This document shows positions 51,001-62,790 of a DNA stretch of 64,000 nt, in pieces. Under the pieces are notes generated by a model, which worked only from the letters and a program-made list of their open reading frames with translations, searched no databases and was not told the DNA's origin. This stretch comes from Chrysomallon squamiferum (Eukaryota > Animalia > Mollusca). The translations under genes were made by a program, and so were the position numbers. The number at the start of each line of letters is the position of its first letter. Position 1 is the first letter of the stretch. The stretch covers positions 25,792,001 through 25,856,000 of the forward strand of contig CM022665.1 of assembly GCA_012295275.1 (NCBI GenBank), given 5' to 3'.

Positions 51001-53718
51001 AAACAAAATGGTAGAAAAAAATCATAATCAACATACTGTATGTTAATATATATTAACTGCCATACTTTATACAAAGTGAACAGTAATAATATGCAATGAA
51101 TTATGCATGGGATTTTGCATTTTGCATTTGTATGAAACTAAAGCCAAGAATGCCTAGCTAAAGAAATTCATGACAGCAGTGCCATTTACAGAGTTATTTG
51201 TGTTGTCTATTCTCAGATTAACACCGTTCATTTTATTGTAATGTGCAGATCTAATAACCAAACCCTCTACTTCAAGCAAAAGTAATCTATAATTCTATTC
51301 AGCATGTAACCTCAACAACTGGACAATTACACCCTCTGTAATTAGTAAACTATGCTTTAATGCAAGTTTGCAGTATCCTTATAAAGGTTGTACAGTCAAA
51401 ACGCATGTGTGCATATGATTGTGCAATAATTTTATATATATATAGATATAGATATAGCTAGTTTTTAAAGTATTCAGTAATACTTTCTGAAATATTAAAA
51501 TAATGAAATCCCTAGTAATCTTTTTGTACCATAAAATTTAACAAAAAAGAATTAACCATGGTAACATCTTAATGAAATTAAATGTGCAGCATCCTCTTTT
51601 ATAGCATTTTAGTGTCATACATTCAATTGTAATTTTCATTTTCAAGCCAAAGATTTTTATTGTACATTTCCATCGTAAGTGTTTTCACTATTGGTGGCTT
51701 AGTAATTAAATTCAGTTCATATTTTGAATCTTAGTTACTTGTAAACGAAAAGTTTTTTTAATTTCAGATTTCCAAATATATTTAAAGGTATGAAATCTGA
51801 AATGTTCAAGTTTGGTATGTTTTGTCAAAATTTTAAATTTTGTACATTATTTTTCATATATGATATTTCATAGTTACATTTCAAATGAAATATTTCACTC
51901 AAATTATTTTCATGAGTGCAGTGTAATATCTTTGAATGTTCACATTACGTCTATTTTTGTATTTGTGACAGTTCAGGTTCTCTACTGCATGACTAATCCT
52001 TTGTGAAGTATATATCTAAACCACCACCACCAAGTATATAGGATTACATCCTATTCAATGTTGCCCATACTGACAGTCTAAATAGTCCTAAAATGTAAAT
52101 TCATATATTCAGTATCTTTTAAGAACCTGAAATACATGTTTAAACACACACAAAAAAAATAAAAAAATAATAATAATTCTTTAAATTATAAAATTGATAT
52201 AAACAATTCATTTTTGAGGATTAAATATGAAAAGTATGTACAACTGTAAAAAAAAAAATTATACTATTCTGTAGATTAAGAATAAAATACAGCATAACAA
52301 ATATAAAAAGGTAACTAAGAATTAGTGTCAGTTAAGTAAATAAATAAAAAGTAAATTAATGTCATGTGATGAGAAGACCATATTTCAAACAGCACAGCAG
52401 TATGGTCTGTGTGTATTACACGATATCAAGAATGTGCTACTTTTAAAAACAAATTACCACATATTGATTCTTTAGAAACGGATACATTGTAATGCTTGAA
52501 TTTTGTTTATTTCCATCTCCAAATGAAGTTAAAAATTGCATCATATAACTGCAATACACCTGTAAAATGTTGCACAGCTGTGCGATCTGTTTGCATAGTT
52601 TTCTCTTCTAGGCGAACTATTTTTGGCTATCCAAGAACTGAATTATGGCAGCCAAGCAATGTGTGATACCAAGTTGGGTAAAGAATGGCCATGGATACCG
52701 ATATGTCCCTGGTAAAAATATGGACTTGTATCTACAATTTGACACGTGGTCAAGTTATGGAAATTCGCTGAAATCAACAAATGTATTGCACGAAGTGGGT
52801 GGAGCACCGGTGCATGTCCACGCAATACACAGGCAAACAGCCGTACACGTTTCCAAACGCCCTTACAAAACCGAACAAGAAAATTTAAAATACACAAAAC
52901 AAACAATACCTCTCCAAATAGGAATAAATGATGGGTCGGGACTGTCTACCATGTTTCTCCGAATGGTACTGTGGCAAATATTTAGGTCGACCAACGTCAT
53001 AATTTCGGAGCTGTTAACTATTCGTCCTTCACTCGCAAGTGCTGGCAACTGACTGAGCATATGACCGTCGAGTTCTCCTTCAACCCCGACCAGATCTACC
53101 CATACATGGGTCAAAGAACAGTCTAATGTGCTAACGTGAATTGGGGTACATAGCATATATGTACTGCGAATAAACGGCTAGCGAAATAGAAATGAGAATT
53201 TTGACACATGTATGAACATACATGCCCGTACACGAAACGCAAGGACAGTCGATGACCGCTGTGGAAAAAAGTTAAATTAAGTGCGTAGAACTAATTATTA
53301 TTTAATCATTAAAAGCAAGGCGATTACAAAAATGGCTTAGAAAAATGCATTAACAAATACTTTACATTTCTTTCCATGATTGTGCGGGGAATTCCACAAA
53401 AAACACATCGAACAAAATTTCGTCGACTCGATTTCTGCCGCCATATTGGCTGAAATGAGTCGCTGGTTCGTTCCAATAAATGATCTTTTTTACAAAAATT
53501 ATATAAGCTTCATTCTAACCTCCACCCTGGTTAGATCGCTTGGTGACCCCGTTATCTGTTTCTCCATCCAAGGGCCTTTTTCTCGAGTCCAAGGTGTCCA
53601 TTTCCGACCCGTTCATCCCGTCGTAGTTCACTGCCATTATGGAGTTGGGCCTGTTCTCGTGGGGTAACGTACCACACGGCGCATGACTCACGAGACTTGT
53701 CGAGGCGCATCCTAGCAT
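25458..53718 (-). CDS. Nova: RNA-binding protein Nova (Nova/pasilla family), 598 aa, three KH domains; 5 coding exons
   Basis: Exons 53520-53718, 29663-29803, 28181-28326, 27648-27801 and 25458-26614 join in phase (1797 nt). Motifs: DSRKRPL NLS, KH1 [11 protein letters not shown]2 [36 protein letters not shown]3 [28 protein letters not shown]. Confidence 0.96.
27046..27165 (-). promoter_or_regulatory. Intronic YCAY cluster (16 motifs), candidate Nova-binding element
   Basis: 16 RTGR tetramers on the plus strand (YCAY on the pre-mRNA) counted in 120 nt. Confidence 0.7.
27607..27641 (-). promoter_or_regulatory. YCAY cluster (6 motifs) just downstream of the Nova exon-4 donor
   Basis: Pre-mRNA sequence UCACagguaUCAUgUCAUuuUCAUucUCAUuUCAC. 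Confidence 0.7.
27648..27801 (-). CDS. Nova: Nova coding exon 4 (most of KH2)
   Basis: [37 protein letters not shown]...ERCVTVA; donor CAG|GTGAGA. Confidence 0.96.
28181..28326 (-). CDS. Nova: Nova coding exon 3 (end of KH1 and linker)
   Basis: [36 protein letters not shown]...ERHRQ. Confidence 0.96.
29663..29803 (-). CDS. Nova: Nova coding exon 2 (KH1, first part)
   Basis: [46 protein letters not shown]. Confidence 0.96.
37480..37690 (-). mobile_element. Decayed Meta/MESC-like SINE copy
   Basis: GAAAAGGAAA..CTACCACTAATGGGTTACTCTTTATTAGCAGCAAAAGATCTTTT..GATAGGA..ATGGCCTTT..TGATCCTGTGA resembles the reverse strand of a gastropod SINE core, recalled from memory and not searched. Confidence 0.5.
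40153..40814. repeat. 65-bp dispersed direct duplication (40153-40217 and 40750-40814)
   Basis: ATGTCCAKAAGGCTTTAAAATTGTTTTTCCAGTACCTACATTTCAWAATTTTCAAYTGGAGGTAA occurs twice, 597 bp apart. Confidence 0.85.
47390..47585 (+). mobile_element. Decayed Meta/MESC-like SINE copy
   Basis: TGGTTATCAAAGGCCATGGTA...ATCCTTGTTGCTAA...GGCAGCTGGTTTCCT...GAGGTATCATTAAAT; reverse-complement similarity to the copy at 37480. Confidence 0.5.
52910..53156 (-). CDS. Nova: Candidate alternative first coding exon of Nova, lacking the NLS (…[14 protein letters not shown])
   Basis: Open frame in a CpG-rich region ending at the donor GAG|GTATTG in phase 1, compatible with exon 2; the start Met is uncertain. Confidence 0.5.
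53437..53447. promoter_or_regulatory. YY1-type motif (GCCGCCATATT) at the start of Nova intron 1
   Basis: Matches CCGCCATNTT inside the CpG-rich 52500-53900 region. Confidence 0.4.
53520..53718 (-). CDS. Nova: Nova coding exon 1 (contains the [11 protein letters not shown])
   Basis: Donor GAG|GTTAGA in phase 1; which ATG is used (53718 or a downstream Met) is uncertain. Confidence 0.85.
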
Positions 53719-54363
53719 AATTGTGGATTTTTTATTTTATTTTACTGTACGACGTTGCTTAAAAAGCTTATATTTTATCCTCAGATATACCCTCAAGTCA
53801 TTAACCATAAACCACAACGATTATTAGGGGTCTGAAAGAGGCGTGGCACTTGTACCACTGCGTAGCTCGAAAGGGGTGCCACGCCCCCCTCAGCATCCCC
53901 ATCTTGTTTTCAGTGTAACGTTTAATGGGTTTTTTTGTTTATTTTACATATATATTCTTCATCATGCTTCATACTAGCTATTTAGTCTTGGAAATTAACA
54001 TGCACCATTTACAAATAATGTATAATATATAATTCGGGGGAAACAGATTTTAAAAAGGACAATAATAATACTACTGTACGTGTACCCATTCTTTCTAGTC
54101 CCTCTTTACTAGATGTATGCAGGATGGTATTTTACGTCATAAAACTGAAGTTTCTTAATTAAGTTTTTTCTCTGATGTTAGGAAAAATAAAATGTTAGCT
54201 TCATTTTCTCCTTATTTATTTAGATGTATTTATTTAAAATAAATAAATAAATAAATAATAAATATTATAATCCATCTTGAAATGATCACTTTAAGATATG
54301 ACATCAGTACAACCATATATTGTTAGTTATTATTCTTGTTATTATTATTGTCATAACACCCAC

Positions 54364-54402
<39 letters not shown>

Positions 54403-55543
54403 AATAAATAAGAAGGAAAACTATTGTAAAGAATACAACGTAAAGGCATTGTGTGCACTAAAATAATTAATAGAAGAAGGTGGAAACAGTGAACTGCAAA
54501 GCAAATATAGACATGCATACTTGTATGTAGATAATAAGTCTGTGTGACCTTCTGCATTTCAGTCCAGATGTTTATACCGTGGCTCCTGATTCGTAAAGTG
54601 TCTTGATTTTAAAACATAATCATTCATTGACCATACCAGTAACATATATAAGAAAGAACAAAGAAAGGAAGAAAAAAAAACTTATGTTTTCGTTCCTATG
54701 GATTTTGTTGTTAATCGCTGAATCAGCAGTCTTCTCGTTAAAAGCACTTCTTGACATGTGGGGACGTGGAAGTGTTCTATAAAATCAATACATTCCTTTC
54801 GTTATCCTGTTTAGCGTTTCGTGCATGTCGCTATGGATTATTTTCACAGAGAATTATATATATGCGTATATATAATTATTATTACTAATATTATTATTTT
54901 TTTAATGAATTCACGAAACAAAATGTAATCTTTAGAATAAACATACAATTCATTTAAAAAATAATAATTAAAAATTAAATTCGCAAAATCCTCGTTCGTT
55001 TTTAAATAAAATATTTAATGTCGATCGCTGATGACCTGATAAGATTAACTTAAACAGTAATGGTTACGCCCAGATAAACGCGACCAAACAAAAGAAGTAT
55101 TTCATGCTTATGAAGCTAGCCTCATATTAAAAAAATAAAAATAATAATAATTTAAAAAGAAGTAAAATAAACAGTAAATAAAGCCGATAACTGTTAATCT
55201 TTTGTTGTTTAATTGCCTAATTTGACAAGCCTAGTTAGCAATTGATTACGCCGGCAGTTTGACAGGTCACAAGAGAAGGTCAGCAAGGGCATCATACATA
55301 TTCAACAGTGACAGGTTAGATTAATGAATAAACATTAATTATGGATCAGTTCTGCTCAGCTCGGATTTAAGAGGGTATTTAATAATTTCACCATTGCAAT
55401 GAAGTATTGTTATGGCATCGACGATGTTTACATACGTTGTAGCAGTTATAATAACTGTTTTTGTTGTGTGTTTTTTTCTTCTTTTTTTCCCTACATACTA
55501 ATAATTATTTTTGGGAAAAAAAAATGAATGAAAAATGACAACG

Positions 55544-55545
<2 letters not shown>

Positions 55546-55574
<29 letters not shown>
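55546..55574. repeat. (CA)n microsatellite
   Basis: Directly visible. Confidence 0.9.
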
Positions 55575-55576
<2 letters not shown>

Positions 55577-55719
55577 AACACCACTTTTATAAAAGAACAA
55601 TTTTTTTAAGTTTCATATATATTCGGTTGTTTATATGCCTGCTAATCAATAATAAATTGTTTCGGCTTTGTGAAAGGAAAAAAGGTGGGGAAATTAATTA
55701 ATTAATTAAATAATTAATA

Positions 55720-55762
<43 letters not shown>

Positions 55763-56228
55763 CCACTTCATTGTGGTACAACAATGTAGACTGTAACTCC
55801 AGTCCCATCAAAAGACGAATATATGTAGGTGACCGTTCACAAAATTATTATTATAATTTTTTTTTTTACCCGTAGTGATCGGGGAAATAAATCCTCCGTT
55901 AAAACTCTATTGTTGCGTTAATCCATTTCGTCTTTTAAAAATTTAATTCGCAGAGACATTTTGTGCTAAGTTGTTGCGTGAGAATTTTGGGCCAACAACC
56001 CTAGTGAATCTTTATGAAGAAAAAACATGTATTACAGTGTTAAAAATAAGTATTTTTAAAGACAACGTCATGTCTGAGATAGTATAACAATGTTATGCGA
56101 TGTCTAGTCGTTAAGATAGTGAAAAAGTAAAACAATTTGGCATGTGCCTATTCGCATGGGGCTCCCATGGGGAAGCAATTTTCCGTAGCAACAATAATAA
56201 CAGTTTAACTACAAACAAATAAAATAAA

Positions 56229-56247
56229 ATAGATAGATAGATAAATG

Positions 56248-56288
<41 letters not shown>
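56229..56288. repeat. (GATA)n microsatellite
   Basis: Directly visible, one interruption. Confidence 0.92.
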
Positions 56289-56830
56289 CACCAAGATAAT
56301 TAGACCTGATCGATAAATGTTATTTGGTCCTTTTTATGTTTATTTAAATTCTTTCCACATTATTTATTTATTAGTTTATACACACATACAAAATAATTAT
56401 GAAACAAATATTTGTTCCTAGATTATCAGATTCACGTACATTCCTGATGGGTAAAAGAAATCAGCAAATGTATATTAATTCAAAACTTAATTATTCATTC
56501 AAATGATATAATAATTTGATAAAAATTAAAGTTTTATTTTATCTCGAATCTTCCGGCTATAACACAAGGGGAAAATTATTCTTACAAATAACTGTAAAAC
56601 TATTCGTCATTTGAGACCATTTACGATAACATTTTTTTGTTTTTAATTATCTCCCTTTATAAATTTTTAACTTCCGTTAAAGTATTTCCGGCGTGGGTAT
56701 ATATTTTGATATAGCAATAAAACAATGCTGAAATTGATACGTCATAATTGTTTTTCTGTCATTGATTAAAGAATAAGAAAAAACAGATGATTTTGAAATA
56801 ATATATACTATTGTTTATTTGAAACTCGCA

Positions 56831-56879
56831 ATGAAAATTGCTGTAATAGGATGCGGTCTTATGGGTGTAAGAATAGCAG
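56831..56879 (+). CDS. HAD-like exon 1 (MKIAVIGCGLMGVRIA)
   Basis: GxGxxG motif; donor CAG|GTAATT. Confidence 0.9.
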
Positions 56880-59800
56880 GTAATTTCAATGTTATAATTT
56901 TTAGGTTTTTGTAAATTATAATTTATACGACTAATACTAGTAATAGGAATACCATCATTATTATAATATTTGTACACAGTACAGCGTAACATTACAATTA
57001 ACTGATGAATTAATTTTCAAAAAAAAATTATAAAACAATATTATGTAATTACTGAATTAAATCACTTTTATTCTTAGTATCACAGTATTAATTATTATAT
57101 TATAGATATTCATTAAAAGTATAATCATAATAATTTAAATAGTGGATTATGGTTTTTTGTGTCAAAATAACAATTTTTTGTTGTGCCATTTGTATCTGAT
57201 TTCACAAATTATAATCTGCTTCTATAGATGACTATGATTTGACTGGTCATAATATTTGGTAAACAGAAACACCGTATTTATTGTGAATTCATTCTTGATT
57301 TTTTTTATTTCAGGTGAACTTGCATATCATGGACATAGAGTTAAAATATATGACAACAATGGTAATGCACTTGATAAAGTATTTGAAAGGTTGCAAGATG
57401 ATAAAAGACTGTTACATGAAGAACATTTGATTCCACAAGAAAAATTCATAGTAAGTTAAGGATATTTAAATTAAAGGGAGTGAAAATGTTATTTTTTTTA
57501 ATTAAATACATACAGTGTTACAAACTTTCTGCTAATTACATAATTTCAAAGTACAGATATATATATCAAAGAATATTTTCAGGCCAGGATAATAAATCGC
57601 AAACAGTTGTCTGTTGTGCAGTACAATTATTAAAAATAAAAACTGTCACCACATCTGATCAACTAACTTATTATTTATCTCATTCTGCTGGTTGATACTG
57701 TTCACATATCTAGATTACTTGAAATTATTTATTGCTCACACAGGTTTTTCACATTGCAAGAGTATGGGACAGTGGCCAAATTTTCGGAAGCTAATTTAAA
57801 AGATAAACTTTGTATTTCAGTTATATTTTATGACAAAATCGGTTACATTCTTTTTTGATATGCTTACTGTTATTATGAACAACACATACATACTTTTAAG
57901 GATGTATTAGGGTTTCATACAAGATATGTATAAATAAAAAAAATGTGTTTCAGTAAAATAATAATTTTGTCTTGATTTCAGGGCCAGGTATTTTGTATGA
58001 GTCGTTTGGAAGAAACTGTCCGTGATGTTGATTTCATATTTGAGGTCATTATTGAAAACCTTGATGCCAAGAAAGACATTTTTGAAAGTAAGTAAAATGT
58101 CTGGTAAATTGTTTTTTTCGGGGAGGATTGTTGTTTATGTTTGTTTGTTTGCTTGTTGTTGTTGTTTTTTTGGGGGTTTTTTATCAGATTTTTATAACCA
58201 AGTTTCTACCCATTTATTAATTTACACAGTAGTAAATGACAACAAACCTGTTGCATTAAATATGGCTTGAGTGTAAAATTACTATATTCTTTATACTCTT
58301 ACATTTAAATTCAACTCTGAATTTTGTTTTTGTTTTATTTTTATCAGAAATGTACATATGGAAAAGATGTTACAGTTTTATTGTGTGACACTATCCTGCA
58401 TTATAAAAATGTAATATTTGTATTTAGCTCATTGCAAAATTGGTATTTGTTTTATTCTATTATTACTGTTTTTTCTAGGAGTTTCACACTTATGTAAGCC
58501 TGATGCAGTTATTGCTTCCGGTACAATGGGCCTTAGTATTGATGAAATCACAGAAAGAACTGTTGGCAAGGAGGTAGAATCATAGACGTCTCTGTTCTTT
58601 TTTAAAAGACTCATTTTATTTGCATTATTTCAACCATTTAATTTTGTTATTTTAACTTCATTATTTTGTTTTAATGAAATGCCTGTTTTGACAGAATAAA
58701 ATTATTTTATTTAAGTGGAACAGATTTAGGCAACAACTACAAATTAGTCTGTTATTCTCTGAGAAGTATTATTACATTAATAAACCAACAATTTTGACTA
58801 AATAAAAGTGATTAACTAATGAATGAAAGTGTAATGGCAAATATAAAAGTATCTGTCCAGATGAAGGAAATAAACAAATTAATGGAGCTGCTTACTGCTT
58901 GACCAGTCTCTGTGCATTAAATTAGAATAATTAACTCTTATAGTGCCAAGGTTTTGTTTTTGATAAAAGTGCATTTTTGTACCTAGTCTGTTTAAATTTG
59001 ACTGCTTTAAAATGTTCTGGCTTGTGAAAAATTGAATGAATAAAGTTATAACTATGTATAATATTAGTGTGAAGTCCTTCAGTCACCTGCAGAGTCATGA
59101 GATTTAAAGAAATACCCACTGCTGTAAACAGTGTTAATAACCATTTTCTGATTTGATTAGCCAGTTTCTTTTAATTATTATGTATTGACTAATATAATGA
59201 GCCAGGTCTCTAAACTATTTATTTTAAATCATCTCTCAACAGTCATCACCTTCTTGTTAATAGTTGATCTTAATTTTACTTTAATCTTTAATCAAAATAA
59301 TTTCTTTCTTGGATATTTGTAACTTAAGACATTTTTTCTGATGCAGTAGTGCTGTGTCATAGAGGAGAGAAAATACAAGGCTTGATGGGTTCACAGTTTA
59401 TTCCCAAGGATCAAATTTCTGTTTATCAGATGAAGTATTAACCGAAGTGAAAAAAAACAACAACAAAGCAAAACAAAAACAACCTTTTAAAGACAATAGA
59501 CAGATATCACAGGTTCATCTGGGTGAAAGACAATATATACACTTATAGATAATTCATTCATAATTAATATCTATCAGATATCTAAATGTTATTTATGGTA
59601 TTTATGTGACACACATACTGTTCAGCTGTGCTTAACAGGGCCACTTTAAATGGACAAGCAGCATACAAAATATGCAAATTATATTACTAATAATGCACAA
59701 TAAAATATACACACATTATAATAGCCATATTACACATCTTTGCTGTGGGCAGAATGATAAATGGCTGTAAATCTTTGGATTGTCAGATATTCCTAGAAAC

Positions 59801-61509
59801 AAATAAAATGTAAAATAAGTTATCATTTAAAAGTTATCATTTAACTATAAATGACTGACATGATAACATACCTAACTTTTACTTCATTAGAAATTACTAC
59901 CTTATCTTACTATTTACATACACACACACACACACACATGCTGATTAGTCATACTTTTTTTTGTGCCAGGTGCATGTGATAAGTGGAAAAAAAAGTTGTC
60001 ACTTGCTTTTTTTGTTGTTGTATTATTATAAGTTTATGTCACATGATTCATTCACACTGACCACCGCCTGAATGAATGTCAGTGAAGGAAGGAAGAAATG
60101 CCTGAATCAATATATCATTGCCCAATAATAATGGAAAAAGCTTATTCGCAATTTCATACAGTATAGATTATGCTGAGAGACCTGTGAAATGAAATAATAT
60201 TATTAATTTATGATAAAATAAATAATTATTATAAAACTCTATATGCATCCATCATATATTTTACTCACTGCTACTTGTTTCCCCTCCTATTGAGAAATGA
60301 TGTCTTCATCATTTACAAATATACAATTATATTTGGTAACAATGGACCATGAAATATGATGTGGCATAGACTGAAACATTATCTGAAGCTAAATGGGTAA
60401 AAAAAAAATTGTCCAGTCTTTCCAGTCACCTCCAGTTGTTTGTACCGTAGCAAATCTGCAGTTTGTTATTCATCTTGAGGTGCTCCTGTCTCTTAGATAC
60501 TTCCCCAGAACATTGTGACCAAGATTAATTTCAGATTGCATTGGGGATTTCTGAATTAGGCAGCTCAGTGACTTCCTCAGGGAAGTCATCTGCATGTAGT
60601 TGAACTAGTTCGTCTCTAAAATCTTCTTCAAGTGCGACTTTCTAGATCTCTGGATCTGTCTATTTTAGAGTGTCTAGTGAATGCAGCTCGTTAACAGAAT
60701 CATGACAGCAGAAGTCATAGTAACTGAAAAATGTCTGCTACATATATCTTTCTTCATTATTCAGTTGTGTTTTCATTTGCACAGAACTGTTAATATTTTA
60801 AATTTCCATTCTTTTCAGTCACAGATGTTTAGGATATTTATTTACATATTAAATACAAATATTAAGTTGTGTTCTTTTATTTTCTACATATTACTTAACA
60901 TTTCTTTTCAGCGAACTCTTGGACTTCGATTTTTGTTTCCTGTTTACTACATACCTGAAGTTGAGATCACACCTGGACGAAACACATCTGCTCTGACTAT
61001 TGAGAAAGGTATCAAATGATTCTGTGTATTAGTTTTAAAGCAAATTTTAAAAATTATTTTAGTCTTATGAGCCACTACATTAGTTCTTCTTTTTTAGCCA
61101 TTTAAAGTATTAATTATTTTAATCATGACATGTGTGTGTCTTTGTTTTTAGTGAAATGAAATGTTAAAGGAAAGTAGTTAAATAATGAGATTAGTATGAA
61201 ATCACATTATCAAAGTTTTGTACTGTTTATTTAGTGCAATAAATTTATAAAGTTCCTTTATATAAAATATTGATATATTTCAGGTTTTTGTAGATATAAC
61301 ATTTGTCATTATGAATTTATGCTGTTAGCAGAATAATACTTAAATTTTCATGTGTTGTTGATTTTAATTTTTTTTTTTTTTTAATAATCATATTTTTTGT
61401 TGTTGTATAGTACGAATGCTTCTAGAAAAAATGGGGAAGACTTTATTTTTTCGGTCTGGAGGTAATCCTCTAATATTGTCAGAAGAACAAAGAGAGGCAA
61501 GAAAATTAG
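56831..61509 (+). CDS. 3-hydroxyacyl-CoA dehydrogenase-like protein (3HCDH NAD-binding domain) with a divergent active site; 3' end not established in the window
   Basis: Exons 56831-56879, 57314-57450, 57982-58087, 58479-58573, 60912-61008 and 61411-61509 join in phase (194 codons plus 1 nt). Motifs: KIAVIGCGLMG Rossmann, VKIYD, DFIFEVIIENLDAKKDIF, IASGTMGLSI, RTLGLRFLFPV..PEVEI, MGKT. Confidence 0.88.
57314..57450 (+). CDS. HAD-like exon 2
   Basis: ELAYHGHRVKIYDNN...QEKFI; tttcag acceptor, GTAAGT donor. Confidence 0.9.
57982..58087 (+). CDS. HAD-like exon 3
   Basis: GQVFCMSRLEETVRDVDFIFEVIIENLDAKKDIFE. Confidence 0.9.
58479..58573 (+). CDS. HAD-like exon 4
   Basis: VSHLCKPDAVIASGTMGLSIDEITERTVGKE. 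Confidence 0.88.
60410..60710 (-). pseudogene. Decayed coding-like relic in a HAD-like intron, probably a transposon fragment
   Basis: More GC-rich patch; minus frame reads HDSVNELHSLDTLK*TDPEI*KVALEEDFRDELVQLHADDFPEEVTELP with in-frame stops; family not recognised. Confidence 0.3.
60912..61008 (+). CDS. HAD-like exon 5
   Basis: RTLGLRFLFPVYYIPEVEITPGRNTSALTIEK. Confidence 0.9.
61411..61509 (+). CDS. HAD-like exon 6
   Basis: VRMLLEKMGKTLFFRSGGNPLILSEEQREARKL; donor TAG|GTATGC. Confidence 0.85.
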
Positions 61510-62049
61510 GTATGCAATTTAAATGTCTGCCAGGACATGTTTTATATCTTAATGATGTTTGATTAGTGTAAAACATGAAAGTTTTGCAAACAACGAAGTA
61601 TTGCAAAACTTTGAACAATTAATTACCACAGGACTTTATTTAAAAATAAAATAACCAAATTTTGTAATCTACATAGATTTATTTCATCATTAGTCTGTCA
61701 TTCAGTGAATAAATCATAATAGGAATTATTGTCAGTCACCATGTGTAATTACAAACTACACTAAGGTTTTTTCCTGAGTAAAGTTCACACCACAGCAAGT
61801 AGACATGATGATTGCCAGCACATGTAACAGTTTCTTTGTCTTTCAGTAATTTGTCAGTGTGTGCCTAAAATCTGCCATGTATGAAATGGTTTAGTCAACA
61901 TGCTTCTGGGCATTTTCTTTTATGTTCTTGGCCACAGTGTTAGCAAACTTAGTAAATTTCCCCTTTGTTACTAATTAATAATCCACAATCAGTGCTAAAT
62001 TCATGGGCTGGAGCCTCCTGACACAAATCATACTTAAAAGGACTGTCGC

Positions 62050-62790
62050 GTAGAAAACCCCCAAATTCCAGTCATCAGGGAACTTGTAGGATCTGTTTGT
62101 TACATCTGTCTATATTATGTGAGTGGGTAGCATGTCAGGCTTGTCCTCCATAGCCATGATGGCAACTTGTTTCACACGCTTTCCTGCCAGCATCCACAGA
62201 TACTGCCAGTTTGATGTCTCTTTGATCAAAATTTAATACCCACTCAGCAGGAATGTTGTTTCTCTGTTTGTCAAAATTGGCTGGTGTATTTCATGCCTTT
62301 TAATTTCCAAATCCTGGTCTTTATAAAAAAACAAAAACACCTTCATAGCAGGTCTTAGTTAAAGAGAGGGGTCTTCCATGTTCTTCAAAGAAGAATCAGA
62401 TTTTGGGTAATACTATGCCTCGAGTCATTGCAAAGACAATGTCCCTGCAGGTTAAGCCTCTGGTATTATGAATTGCTGTGACATGTTGTTTCACCACATT
62501 ACAGCTATTATGGTAATAATGATATTCCCATTTTTTTTTGTATGAAAGTTTCATCAACTTGACAGCTTTCTTTGAACTCTCTCACTGAGGCTATCATCTA
62601 GCATGGCACACTTTGCAATTTTTTTTCTCTGGTTTCAGGGTACAATGGTTGTTGAAGGTATCATTTTATTCATGTTTTGTTGTGATTGTATTTGATGTCG
62701 TTGCCAGGGATACTTCCTTATTCTTGTTGATGGCAGCAATTTTGGCAGCTTTTTCAGCAGTCATTGTCATGGATGGATCCAGTATATCAC
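62050..62790 (-). mobile_element. Degenerate pogo-superfamily (DDE_1) transposase relic
   Basis: Minus-strand fragments NIPAEWVLNFDQ, KQVAIMAMEDK and YKFPDDWN resemble pogo-like IPxxLVxNxDQT, KQVxIxGxxDKR and FPxDW motifs; frameshifted. Confidence 0.55.

Noticed and set aside
52645-53052. 135-aa plus-strand ORF antisense to Nova intron 1
   Set aside because: No recognisable domain; explained by the higher GC of the promoter region and overlap with the candidate alternative exon on the other strand.
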